From positions 37,946,760-38,007,635 of the forward strand of contig NC_068995.1 in assembly GCF_001194135.2 (NCBI RefSeq): a stretch of DNA of 60,876 nt, written 5' to 3'. Below are positions 1 through 9,976 of the stretch, piece by piece. This DNA comes from Octopus bimaculoides (lineage: Eukaryota). Below the pieces are notes generated by a model. It saw nothing but the letters and a program-made list of their open reading frames with translations, had not been told where the DNA came from and made no database searches. The first letter of the stretch is position 1, and each line of letters starts with the position of its first letter. The translations under genes were made by a program, and so were the position numbers.

Positions 1-56
<56 letters not shown>

Positions 57-805
57 AAAATAACTTGCGGATTTAGAGATGAAACATACAATTACTGAAG
101 TCTGCTTATTTTATATGAAGTAAATGATAATTATCTATATATTGGTAATTCTGAACTATTTTTGAATGCTGATTTTAAATATCTTTTTAGTTTTTGCCTA
201 TCCTGTACACATTTTGATCAAATAGCAACTGGAAGTACACTGAAGTATCAGTTAACAATCATGTACACAGATTTTCATGGTCACGTCGTCTGTCGTAGTT
301 ACCAATGCCTGTTTAATAAACTTTATATTGGCTACTATTTTAACTTAAATCAGCATCGGGTTATAGCAATCTATTTTGCTGAGCAAAATAAATCAGATAC
401 TAACTATCATCAAATTCCCTTATATAATACAGGAAAAAAAAAACAATGCTTTATCTAAAGAAATGATAGACGTGATGGATCGAAACTAATAACAGATTAG
501 AAATCAGCGTAAAAAATTGATCCAAAACATTATGTAGAGATTTAAACAAATAAAATCATGCAAACTTGTGCTATATGTTTATACACGGAAATATGTACTT
601 TCATATATCTATCTATCTACCTATGTATGTTTGTATGTATGTATGTATGTATGTATGTATGTATGTATGTGTGTATGTATGTATGTATGCATGTATGTAT
701 GTATGTATGTATCTAACTATCTATGTGTCTCTCTGTCTGTCAGAATCTCTCTGTCTCTGTCTGTCTCTGTCTGTCTCTGTCTGTCTCTCTGTGTGTATAT
801 ATACG

Positions 806-852
<47 letters not shown>

Positions 853-939
853 ATACACACATATATATATATGCACACACACACATACAGCTAAGCGTTT
901 ACAGATTTTATTACATACTAGACAACTATGCTGCTGGCA

Positions 940-1430
940 GGAGAAACAGGTGCCACCATATGCACTCTTTTAGCATGTTATCTTAGACCTCCAAATTAAA
1001 GTTAGGATATATAACACATATGTCCTCCCATCTTTGCTATATGGAAGTGAAGCATGGGTTGGTTACCATAGGCAGGTAAGGCAATTGGAACGATATCATC
1101 AATACTGTCTGAGAAAAATTTTAGGGATGAACTAGCAAATGGCTATTAGTAATGTGGAGGTGCTTCAGAGGAGAGGCAGTAGAAGAGTAGAGTCAATGAT
1201 TTTGCAAAGACCTTTGAACTGGGGGGGGGGAGGGTCATCTGGTAAGGATGAGTCATGAGCGCCTGGCCAATCATCTGTTGTATGGTGAGCTGGAAGATAG
1301 TAGGAGACCAGCGCATAAGCCTAAACTAAAGTTTAAGGATTGGCTTAAAAATGCTCTAATACAGACAGGAATTGCAGCTTGTAATTGGGAGAGGGAGGCA
1401 CAAGAACGCGAATGATGGAGTAAGATATAC
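940..1430 (+). mobile_element. RTE-clade LINE, 3' part of ORF2, decayed
   Basis: Translates to DLQIKVRIYNTYVLPSLLYGSEAW...RLANHLLYGELEDSRRPAHKPKLKFKDWLK, typical of the RTE/BovB C-terminal region; contains stops. Confidence 0.85.
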
Positions 1431-1643
1431 ATACATAAATGTATACATACATAAATGTATACATACATAAATGTATACATACATACAAACACACACACGC
1501 ACTAAGACACACATACACACGCACACACACATATATATAGTACACAAGTTTTTGCAACAAACTGGGAACACGTGCAGTTTAATATTGTCACCTAGATTGA
1601 ATGATAAAAGAAAGATGTTTGAATATAATCCACATGTCTTCGA

Positions 1644-1683
<40 letters not shown>

Positions 1684-1739
1684 AAACAGAAATGATGAAA
1701 AACCACAGGAATTTTGTTTTTCACGACTAAAGAATATAT

Positions 1740-2420
1740 TAGAATCATCATAGCAAGGGTATTATACAATATGATACAAGGTAAGTTTCCGGTTTCGCTA
1801 ACGATTTCCAAAGTTTAAGTGTTGGATACAATACAGAGTTAGAGATTTTGTCTAAAAGGGGGATAAGTGGTAACCAAGGTATTGTTCAGTAAATGAGCAG
1901 GTTAAGTCTGTAAGTTTTTAATATTGATTTGTATTTGATTCTGGCTTATATCAATATTATATTCAAAAGATGGTTTAAATCCTTACTTTTCAATATAGGC
2001 TTATATTTAATTCTGTAATCAGATGCTCAGGTTGCCATAAATATGTAAATGACCAAATTTAATGGGATTCTGGAGCAAAGATTAACGTTGGAGGTTTCAA
2101 AGAAACTAATATTGAGAGTAAGTCACAAAACCGCGGCCAATCTGGTGAAGACTGTAAAAGCTTTTAAGGAAAATACTCTTAAAAACTTATGTTGAAGTGA
2201 TTTAATCTTTTTGCTGTTATCGACGGGTATAGTGAGGTTTCTTACAAGAAGCTGTTTAAGGAAATCAAATAGCACAAGAAGTGCAGTTTAGCTGTAATTT
2301 GATCGAATAATTGTTGGGATGCACAGAACGTGCAAAAAGTAACAACTGTCAGTTCACCTGAGCAGTTGATTGAACCCATTGGTAGACATTCTATCCCTGA
2401 TCCCTAATCTTTTATTTCAC
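1740..2420 (-). mobile_element. Possible highly decayed Penelope-like element RT fragment
   Basis: Minus-strand remnants CLPMGS, YKPESNTNQY and TLVTTYPP resemble PLE RT motifs (G-x-P-M-G-S, Y-R-K-P-T-x-T-x-x-Y, LV-x-TYHP); many stops. Confidence 0.35.
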
Positions 2421-3059
2421 TTTTCTTATCTAGTGACCAATTTATTTCTTCAAATATTTGTTTTTAGTATGTTTTTCCCTAATTTAATTGTTCTACTCTG
2501 TTCTTCCAGCTTTGCCACTCATTTCAGATTATATCTGCGTCGAGTTAACTTGGGATTCTCTAACGACAGAATAGCATTCATATAATTGACCTAACATCGG
2601 CCTTATGAGTAGGTACCTGAGTAATCTTGGTTGATCAATTATTACATGAGAGTATCTGGTAGCTAGGACACATATAGAGCTTAAATTGTACCTGCTTCAC
2701 TCCCTCAATTTGGATTTTATGTCCATTCGTAGTGACTGAAGTTGCTAACCGCGAGCTATGTATTCTTGGTTTTCAGCTTATCGAACTTCGATAAGGGAAA
2801 AGCCTAAAACCTACGATGGCAATAAATTATTGATTCTGAACGTTGTTTTTTTTTCTTTATCTGCTACGGACTGCTCGAAGCTTACAATCTTGCTACAGTT
2901 AGAATCCTTGGATCTTATGATTACACATATACACATACACCTAAACACACACGTGCACACACGTGTACACACACCCAGATGTGTATGTGTGAGTAAGTGT
3001 ATCTATGCATACATATTAACAATGGCAGGATTTAAGAAGTTTATGGTAGATAAGACTTT

Positions 3060-3344
3060 CTAATGTATCCTATGCATCATTGATGTCTCTGAGTATTGAT
3101 GTAGCAGATTCTTCTTTTATGTCGTTTAAATGCTTTATAATAATCCATTTTGCAAATGTTCTGGTTAAATGGAAAGATAAGCTTTATTAATTTCAATCAA
3201 TCGATTGCACGGTCAGTTTTATGCAGGTGCATAAATATGTTGTATGAATAAATGTATATGTGTGTGTAATTTACTGACTATGTATACACATATGCATTCA
3301 TGTACATACATACATAATTAGGTTCATACATATATGATACATAA

Positions 3345-3377
<33 letters not shown>

Positions 3378-3735
3378 TAAACGCATAATATCAAGTTGTT
3401 TACACAAAGCTCAATGTTTCAGAAAAGACGATGCTAGCACTTGACATTAGCAGCTCAGCGCATACATTGTGTCTTTGCAATTCCGTATATTGTACAAATC
3501 TCGAAATTGAACTTTGAAGTGTTGAATCCGAAATGTGGTCAGTATCATAATTGATTCAAGTAGCTGTTTCATAACTTTTGATTTATTTCCATATTTTCAA
3601 ATATATATGTATGTTCATTATTCTATTGTATTTTAGAGACACCTTAAGTATCTGCTGCTATTTTTGCTCTAACCTTATGTCAACATTGTTCTTGCCAATT
3701 CCTCCTGTAAAGAGGATGCACGACATTTGAAACTC
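3060..3735 (+). repeat. Non-coding block paralogous to 43330-43995 (upstream of CR-A); candidate regulatory or 5' exon module
   Basis: Collinear matches, e.g. TGCACGGT(C/T)AGTTTTATG, GTTGTTTACACAA(A/G)GCTCAAT, an identical 17-mer ATTAGCAGCTCAGCGCA (3446-3462 and 43698-43714), and TTGAATCCGAA. Confidence 0.85.
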
Positions 3736-3861
3736 TTTATATAGATATATCTAACTTCATTGAATTGAAAAAGATTTTTAATTTCAATAATAGCAGTTTC
3801 TACTACGTTGATAATATTAATTTCAAAGTTTGACAGAGGGTAATAAATTTCGATGCGTGAG

Positions 3862-4044
3862 GTGTGGGGTGTGATTAAATCCTTTACATCGACTCCGTTT
3901 CTCAGCTAGCATTTACTTTATCGACCTTCAAAAGGGATAAAATGTAAAATCGACTTCGGTTGAATTTGATTTCAGAACGTTAAGACTAATAAAATGTCGC
4001 TAAGCTTTAAGCCAGGTATGCTAACGATTCTGGCAGCTTGCCGC
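3862..4044 (-). mobile_element. tRNA-derived SINE (family also at 5250-5450, 5497-5647, 19289-19430)
   Basis: Minus strand begins GCGGCAAGCTGCCAGAATCGTTAGC, then a degenerate B-box-like region and an AGGTCGATAAAGTAAA core; homologous to the plus-strand copies. Confidence 0.75.
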
Positions 4045-4162
4045 TGTTTTTTCATTTACAATATTGAAATTATTTCTTCATTAAAATGCGACCATAGTTG
4101 AAAGTATACTTTAAATTCGCAGAGAATATATCTTTTTTCATAGTTCATTATCAAATAATAGT

Positions 4163-4557
4163 TGTTGTTGGCACTCCGTCGCTTACGGCGTCGAGGGTTC
4201 CAGTTGATCCGATCAACGGAACAGCCTGATTGTGAAATTAACATGCATGTGGCTGAGCACTCCACAGACACGTGTCCCCTTAACGTAGTTCTCAGGGATA
4301 TTCAGCGTGACACAGTGTGACAAAGTGTGACAAAGCTGACTCTTTGAATTACACGCACAACAGAAACAGCAAGTAAGAGTGAGAGAAAGTTGTGGTGGGA
4401 GAGTACAGCAGGGTTCGCCACCATCCCCTGCCGGAGCCTCGTGGAGGTTTAGGTATTTTCGCTCAATAAACACCCACAACGCCCGGTCTGGGAATCGAAA
4501 TCGTGATCCTATGACCGCGAGTCCGCTGCCTTAACCACTGGGCCATTGCGCCTCCAC
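4163..4557 (-). mobile_element. Full-length tRNA-derived SINE with 13-bp target-site duplication
   Basis: Minus strand 5' GTGGAGGCGCAATGGCCCAGTGG (A box)...GATTTCGATTCCC (B box), (CAA)n tail; TSD ATCAAATAATAGT at 4150-4162 and 4558-4570. Confidence 0.92.
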
Positions 4558-5249
4558 ATCAAATAATAGTAACACGCGACTAACAAACGACAGTGCACTG
4601 GTGTGATCATCCCTTGAAGATATATGGTAACTATTTCTTTCACCTATTTTTATATGTAGTATATTAATGTGTAGTATATTAATATTTCATTTCCAAACAG
4701 TAACTTAATGAAACATCACACGTGCATATCATGTTGTATGGACTTTAATACCAATGCCTTCGTATCATTAATACAATAAATCACCACTTCATTAATTTTA
4801 TTTCGCGTGGCATGTGTTTGTATATATTATTTAGTATTGTTGATCTATTTGGAAAAACGTGAAAACATTTGCTGATCATAAAAAATATACAATGTTTACA
4901 GAGATATTTATTGGCTTGCAGAACCGGTGTCAGTGTTACGCTTATTTTGAAACATATAAGATGGAATTGTATGCTTTTTTATCCATTTGTTTCTGGAGAT
5001 GGTGTGTGATAGTCTACAAAGGTAACATTAATGGCGGAATCTCAAGAGACAGAAATTGAAAACTAAAATTATTACGTCTATCATTTTTTGAATAGTTTTC
5101 TTTTATTTTCCATTACACTTGAAGTTGATCTATGGAAGGGAAGTGAAGGCTTTATTTATAATATTATTTTGCTTCAGCATATTGGTAAACTATCAACACA
5201 TCGCAATAGTTTTATTTGAGAATATATTATTGCGCGTGGAACATTACGT

Positions 5250-5647
5250 CGAACTGGCAAAATAATTGGCGCGCAGGACGAAATGCTTAGTGGTATTTCG
5301 CCCGTCGCCACGTTCTGAGTTCAAAATGCGCCGAGGTCGTCTTTGGCTTTTCTCTTTCCGGGGTCGATCAAATAAGTCACAGTTACGTACTTGGGTCAAT
5401 GTTACCGCCTTACCCCCTCCCCGAAAATGTCACGTCTTGTACCTATATTGTTATTATTATTATTGTTGTTGTTGTTATTATTATTATTATGAATGTGTCG
5501 AGCTGGCAGAATCATTAGGGCGCCGGGCAAAATGTTTAGAGGCATGTTGTCGTCCGTGTTTACGTTCTGAGTTCAATTTCCGCGGAGGTCAGGTCGGCCT
5601 TTAATCCTTTCAGTACACTCTCCCAAATTTCAGGACTTGTACCTACA
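5250..5647 (+). mobile_element. Two tandem tRNA-derived SINE copies (5250-5450 and internally deleted 5497-5647) separated by (TAT/TGT)n
   Basis: Shared GTTCTGAGTTCAA B-box region and CCGAGGTCG/CGGAGGTCA; the first copy carries the CCGGGGTCGATCAAATAAGT core. Confidence 0.8.
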
Positions 5648-5655
5648 AGATGAAG

Positions 5656-5762
5656 TCTTCTTCTTCTTCTTCTTCTTCTTCTTCTTCTTCTTCTTCTTCT
5701 TCTTCTTCTTCTTCTTCTTCTTCTTCTTCTTCTTCTTCTTCTTCTTCTTCTTCTTCTTCTTC
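5656..5762. repeat. (TTC)n microsatellite, about 35 units
   Basis: Perfect trinucleotide run. Confidence 0.99.
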
Positions 5763-5764
5763 AC

Positions 5765-6185
5765 GACGCCCAGTATACCCAACCTGATAAGGTTACACCA
5801 GGCACATGCATCACAGCCAGTTAGAATTTTCTTTAGGTCGAGTAGCCCATCCTGCTCAAAAGGTCCCTGAATAAAGGTTGTTTAAGGATGTTGAACAACA
5901 CACCAATGTTGTCAAAGGTGAATTATCAAAACCCCAAATAATTCCTTTCAACACAAGGCTATGATGCTTCCCCTCTGCTTCTACTTGTGATCAGAGATGT
6001 CCATAACGTCAGCCACTAGAGGTCATGCTAAAATGGTTAAGGTGAAACAACAGACAAGCAAATTTGTAGTATTGAGCAGAATATTTATACCAAGACAAAA
6101 CAATGTGCACGATAAAATTTTAATGAGTTAAGATAAGAATCCATGAGAACCACTGCCTGGTAATACATCAAGGAATTTACTATAA
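5765..6185 (-). mobile_element. Retroelement 3' UTR/SINE-like repeat of the (AAT)n-tailed family also at 17232-17282 and 52723-52840
   Basis: 5775-5820 (CTGATAAGGTTACACCAGGCACATGCATCACAGCC) is the reverse complement of 52725-52770; bordered by AAT/ATT repeats at about 6185-6248. Confidence 0.65.
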
Positions 6186-6198
6186 TATTATTATTGTT

Positions 6199-6249
<51 letters not shown>

Positions 6250-6250
<1 letters not shown>

Positions 6251-6562
6251 GTGCAAAAAATCGTGCTGACTGGAACGACTCATATACTGAGAAGAGCATT
6301 ATCGCTGTGAAAACAACATCCATTCATGAATTTTATTTTATCTTTTCTTTTATTTCTTTTTTTTTTAAATANNNNNNNNNNNNNNNNNNNNNNNNNNNNN
6401 NNNNNNNNNNNNNNNNNNNNNNNNNNNNNNNNNNNNNNNNNNNNNNNNNNNNNNNNNNNNNNNNNNNNNNNNAACTGGGAATGCATACAACGAGTTTCTC
6501 TGCCCTAGATATACGGAAAACACTCGGCGAGCAATGGGAAGAAAATTTGAAGAAAGAAGAAA
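6250..6562 (+). mobile_element. 5'-truncated 3' end of an R4/Dong-like (RLE) LINE, flanked by (AAT)n on both sides; spans gap 6372-6472
   Basis: VQKIVLTGTTHILRRALSL* and the 3' UTR match 53820-54033; (AAT)n at about 6201-6248 and 6562-6580. Confidence 0.8.
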
Positions 6563-6751
6563 AAAAAACAACATAATAATAATAACACTTAGAATGGTAT
6601 TAATAACAATAATTGACATGGCGTACTACTTCATATCTTATATTTCGCTTCAGCAATGTTTCTGGTAGTGAATCAAGGTTGACGCAACTGTAGCCGTTCG
6701 GAAATAAATTGTGTAGGATCCATATTCCATTTCACGTATAGATATAGTTTT

Positions 6752-6792
<41 letters not shown>

Positions 6793-6861
6793 TCTATGGT
6801 GGACCGCTGAATGTATGAATGTATGTATGAATGTATGTATGCATGTGTGTATGTATGTAAG

Positions 6862-8055
6862 CCATTATTCAGTTTTATTTCAAGTTGTCTTGCCAATAGG
6901 AAAAGAGCCGGTTTCTCACCTAAACCCAAGGCTCCTATCTTGGAATTTCAACATCAGCAGCAGGGTATTTTTGCTTGCATGTATGAATGCTTGTACTATG
7001 TACGTACGTATGTACGTATGCATATTTGCAGATTTGTATCTTTTGTTTTATGCATGTATTCTCCTGCATATACTTACATATCCAGACAAGCTCATATATA
7101 TATTTAAATGATAAAATTCTGGAAGGTGTTACAGATTTTTACAGTTCCACTGATGGATTGGATTTGTAGTGTTGGAATTAGCTTCCTCCTTTCTGGTTTT
7201 GAGTAGCCTGATTTCTCAGTATTGGTATTTAGGCAATGTGTTACAGTGTGTTGTAATCTGGATGGAGTAATTGCAGATTTCTCAGCATTTGAGATTCAAA
7301 TGCAGATTTAGCTCAGCGTATATATTGTCTCTCTCTCTCTCACTGAAGTTTAGCTTTATTTTAACATCGGCAGGGCAGCTAATTCACAAATGTGCACAGT
7401 GTTTCTTCTTATACCAAATCATTATATCATGTCTGTTGTGTTTACATTTTATTCAGATTTTCACAAGAATATTCCACCACTACTTCTTTTTATTTTCGGA
7501 CAACTGCTTATCATGTGGGTAATATCTTCGGTGTGAACTTCACAATTTTTGCATCAGTTGTCACATTATACTGCTTTTCTTGCATCTCTATCCCTGTTGT
7601 GTCTCAGGTACTTGGTCGATACGTACTGTTCCTGGATTACAGACGCATACACTTCAAAGTGGTAGGTAGTAATCCGGCTATTGATCCATGATAGACTGCT
7701 TTGGCGATCGATGTTACAATCATCTCAGAGTTTTCTACAAACATATCCATGCATAGATCTCTACTCATATAGGCTCATCTTTTCATGTGGTGATACGTTG
7801 CGGTAGAGTCGTGCGACTTCTTTGGGCATGTATTTAAGTTTATTAGATGAGGAATGCTACTCAAGCAACTTCCTTCCATGTCTTATGATATTGTCAGCCT
7901 CATATATGCAAACTTGGTCAATAGGTGGAGTTCGACACTTGGCAGTTAAAAGATGTTGTCGAAGGAATATGATACGACATTCAAATGCGTTTTGGATAGA
8001 TGTTGAGCCTCTGCCGCCTTGTTTTCGTATTAGGTAGAGGCGATCTACGTCACTG
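6862..8055 (-). mobile_element. 5'-truncated R4/Dong-like LINE, same family as 32990-35000
   Basis: The reverse complement of 7700-8055 aligns with 33740-34130 (DVDRLYLIRKQGGRG versus DVERLYLKRKLGSRG); 6941-7150 aligns with the reverse complement of 34735-34995; ends in (CATA)-type repeats. Confidence 0.85.
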
Positions 8056-9976
8056 CTTATGTGGAAATAATGTGTGCTTGTTAGTATTTTTCTTTTTTTC
8101 TCATGAATGTATGAATGTATGTATGTATGTACGTATGTATGTATGCTTCATTGTTCGCCACATTGATATAGTAACAAATAAGAAACATATAAAACCAATG
8201 TATTTACTTAGACAATATCTATCTTTTTGTTTTTGTTCGTATAACTTTAGTAAATTATATATTTAGTACCGGGATCTGTGTAAGTTCCATGGAATGGAAA
8301 ACATTAAGAAGACCTATTGAAGAAAGAATGGATGATTATCATTTTTACAGCGTTCATACTTTAGCTTTCTTTAAATTTTCTGGACACTCATCTAAGTCTC
8401 CTTCTGTGTTGTCTTTTTCTTCTTTTCAATATATCTTCCCGCTGTTCCTTTCTAATCGGTGCTCTATATCAGCACATCTTTTCTCTAGCAGCTGCAACTC
8501 TGTTTCTTGTTTATCCACAGTTTAGGCTAAATTAACCGTTATAAGAAAATACCAAATTTTTAAGCGAGCAGACGATAAATAATCGCACTTATGCGTATGC
8601 AATGGTCTCTATAAAAAAATTTAGTTCAATAAAACAAAATAGTTTCCAATATCAACACACCACCACTACCACCACCGCATCCACCACCGCTATCTACCTC
8701 TCTCTCTTTCAACATAACTGCCTCCTCTGTCCATCTCTCTCTACCTTTATCTTCCGCTAACTTTTTATATACGTAATAAGTATTCCTTCCACTCCATACC
8801 GCACATCGTTAACACTTCTCTGTCCCTCTTTTTCTCTCGTCCTCTTTTCTCACCGTCTTCGTATCTGCCTCCAGCTGACCACCTGACCACTAGGTCAATG
8901 TGCATTAATATTAATCGCCATTCTCTAAATATCCCTCTCTTTCGTTTTCACTCTCCATTTCTCTCTCTATCTCTCACTTTTACTCCACCTCTCACTCACT
9001 GTATCTCCACCTCCCAAACTAACTAATGTATTACGAGTGAACGAGCAAGCAGATTATTATATACATGTTTTTTGAATTCATCATTTAACTATGATATTCT
9101 ACTTCGTTATTTAGCATGCAAATAATTATGTTTTAACTTTCATACATGCATAACTATTTCAAAGGGGTAGAGATTCATCAGCATCAGATAATTCCTATTA
9201 TTTTTGATGTTATATAATTTTATTTGGCTCCCTATTATATTTCTTGGCGTTATGTTCGTCCGGCCATTCTAAGTATACTTTATTTCTTCGCTCTCACACA
9301 AATACAGAATTATTATTTTTTTGTTTGCAAACGTTGATCTACATGATATGATCTAACAAATAACTTCATTTTTTTTAGGTTGCTGACTTGCCCATTTACT
9401 CTACAGTGAAGTATAAGTTTGACAGTAATTCCTTCCTTTCACAATATTCAAGATCATTTTACTGTTTCACGCGGATATCGTTACAGAAACAACCGGTATA
9501 ATAGCGTCCGATGCATATATACGTTGATGCATATCTTCCTAAATATTGAAAGATGTCGCTTCTAAATACTCTACTAAGATGTTTGGATTCATTATGCAAC
9601 GTGCAAAGCTGATTGGAGTTTTATGACTGCACCACTAAAATATGTTCAGATAGTTATCTTAATTTTCCAAGTAAAAGAATCAGCTACAATGAAAATCATT
9701 ATCAATGTGGTAATCCGTCCATACTCATTGAAACAGAACGCATGCTGAGACGTATTTTGCGTTCTTCTTTCGTATTTAGAATGTGTTATAATGTGCATAT
9801 AAGTAATCAATCATAACATTTTTATCTGTAAAACTAATGACGTATTCAAGAAAAAAGACTAATATATCATTCAAAGAAAATAAAATAGAATCTTTCTGAA
9901 ATTCTTAATTTTGCTTGATAAAAACGAAAAGAAACTGTGATTTGTTCAGATTTACCTTACAGAATTATTATACATA

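Noticed and set aside
566-986. ORFs rich in YV/CV/HT/YI dipeptides here and at 14091-14559, 27234-27546, 42241-43086 and 50063-50805
   Set aside because: Translations of (TA)n, (TG)n, (CA)n and (TATG)n microsatellites; no coding signal.
4440-4557. tRNA genes here and at 30600-30682, 31431-31500 and 5497-5580
   Set aside because: A and B boxes belong to SINE heads followed by SINE bodies and tails; no complete cloverleaf.
9150-9190. Minus-strand CTGATGA...GAAA as a hammerhead
   Set aside because: No stem II, stem III or stem I pairing.
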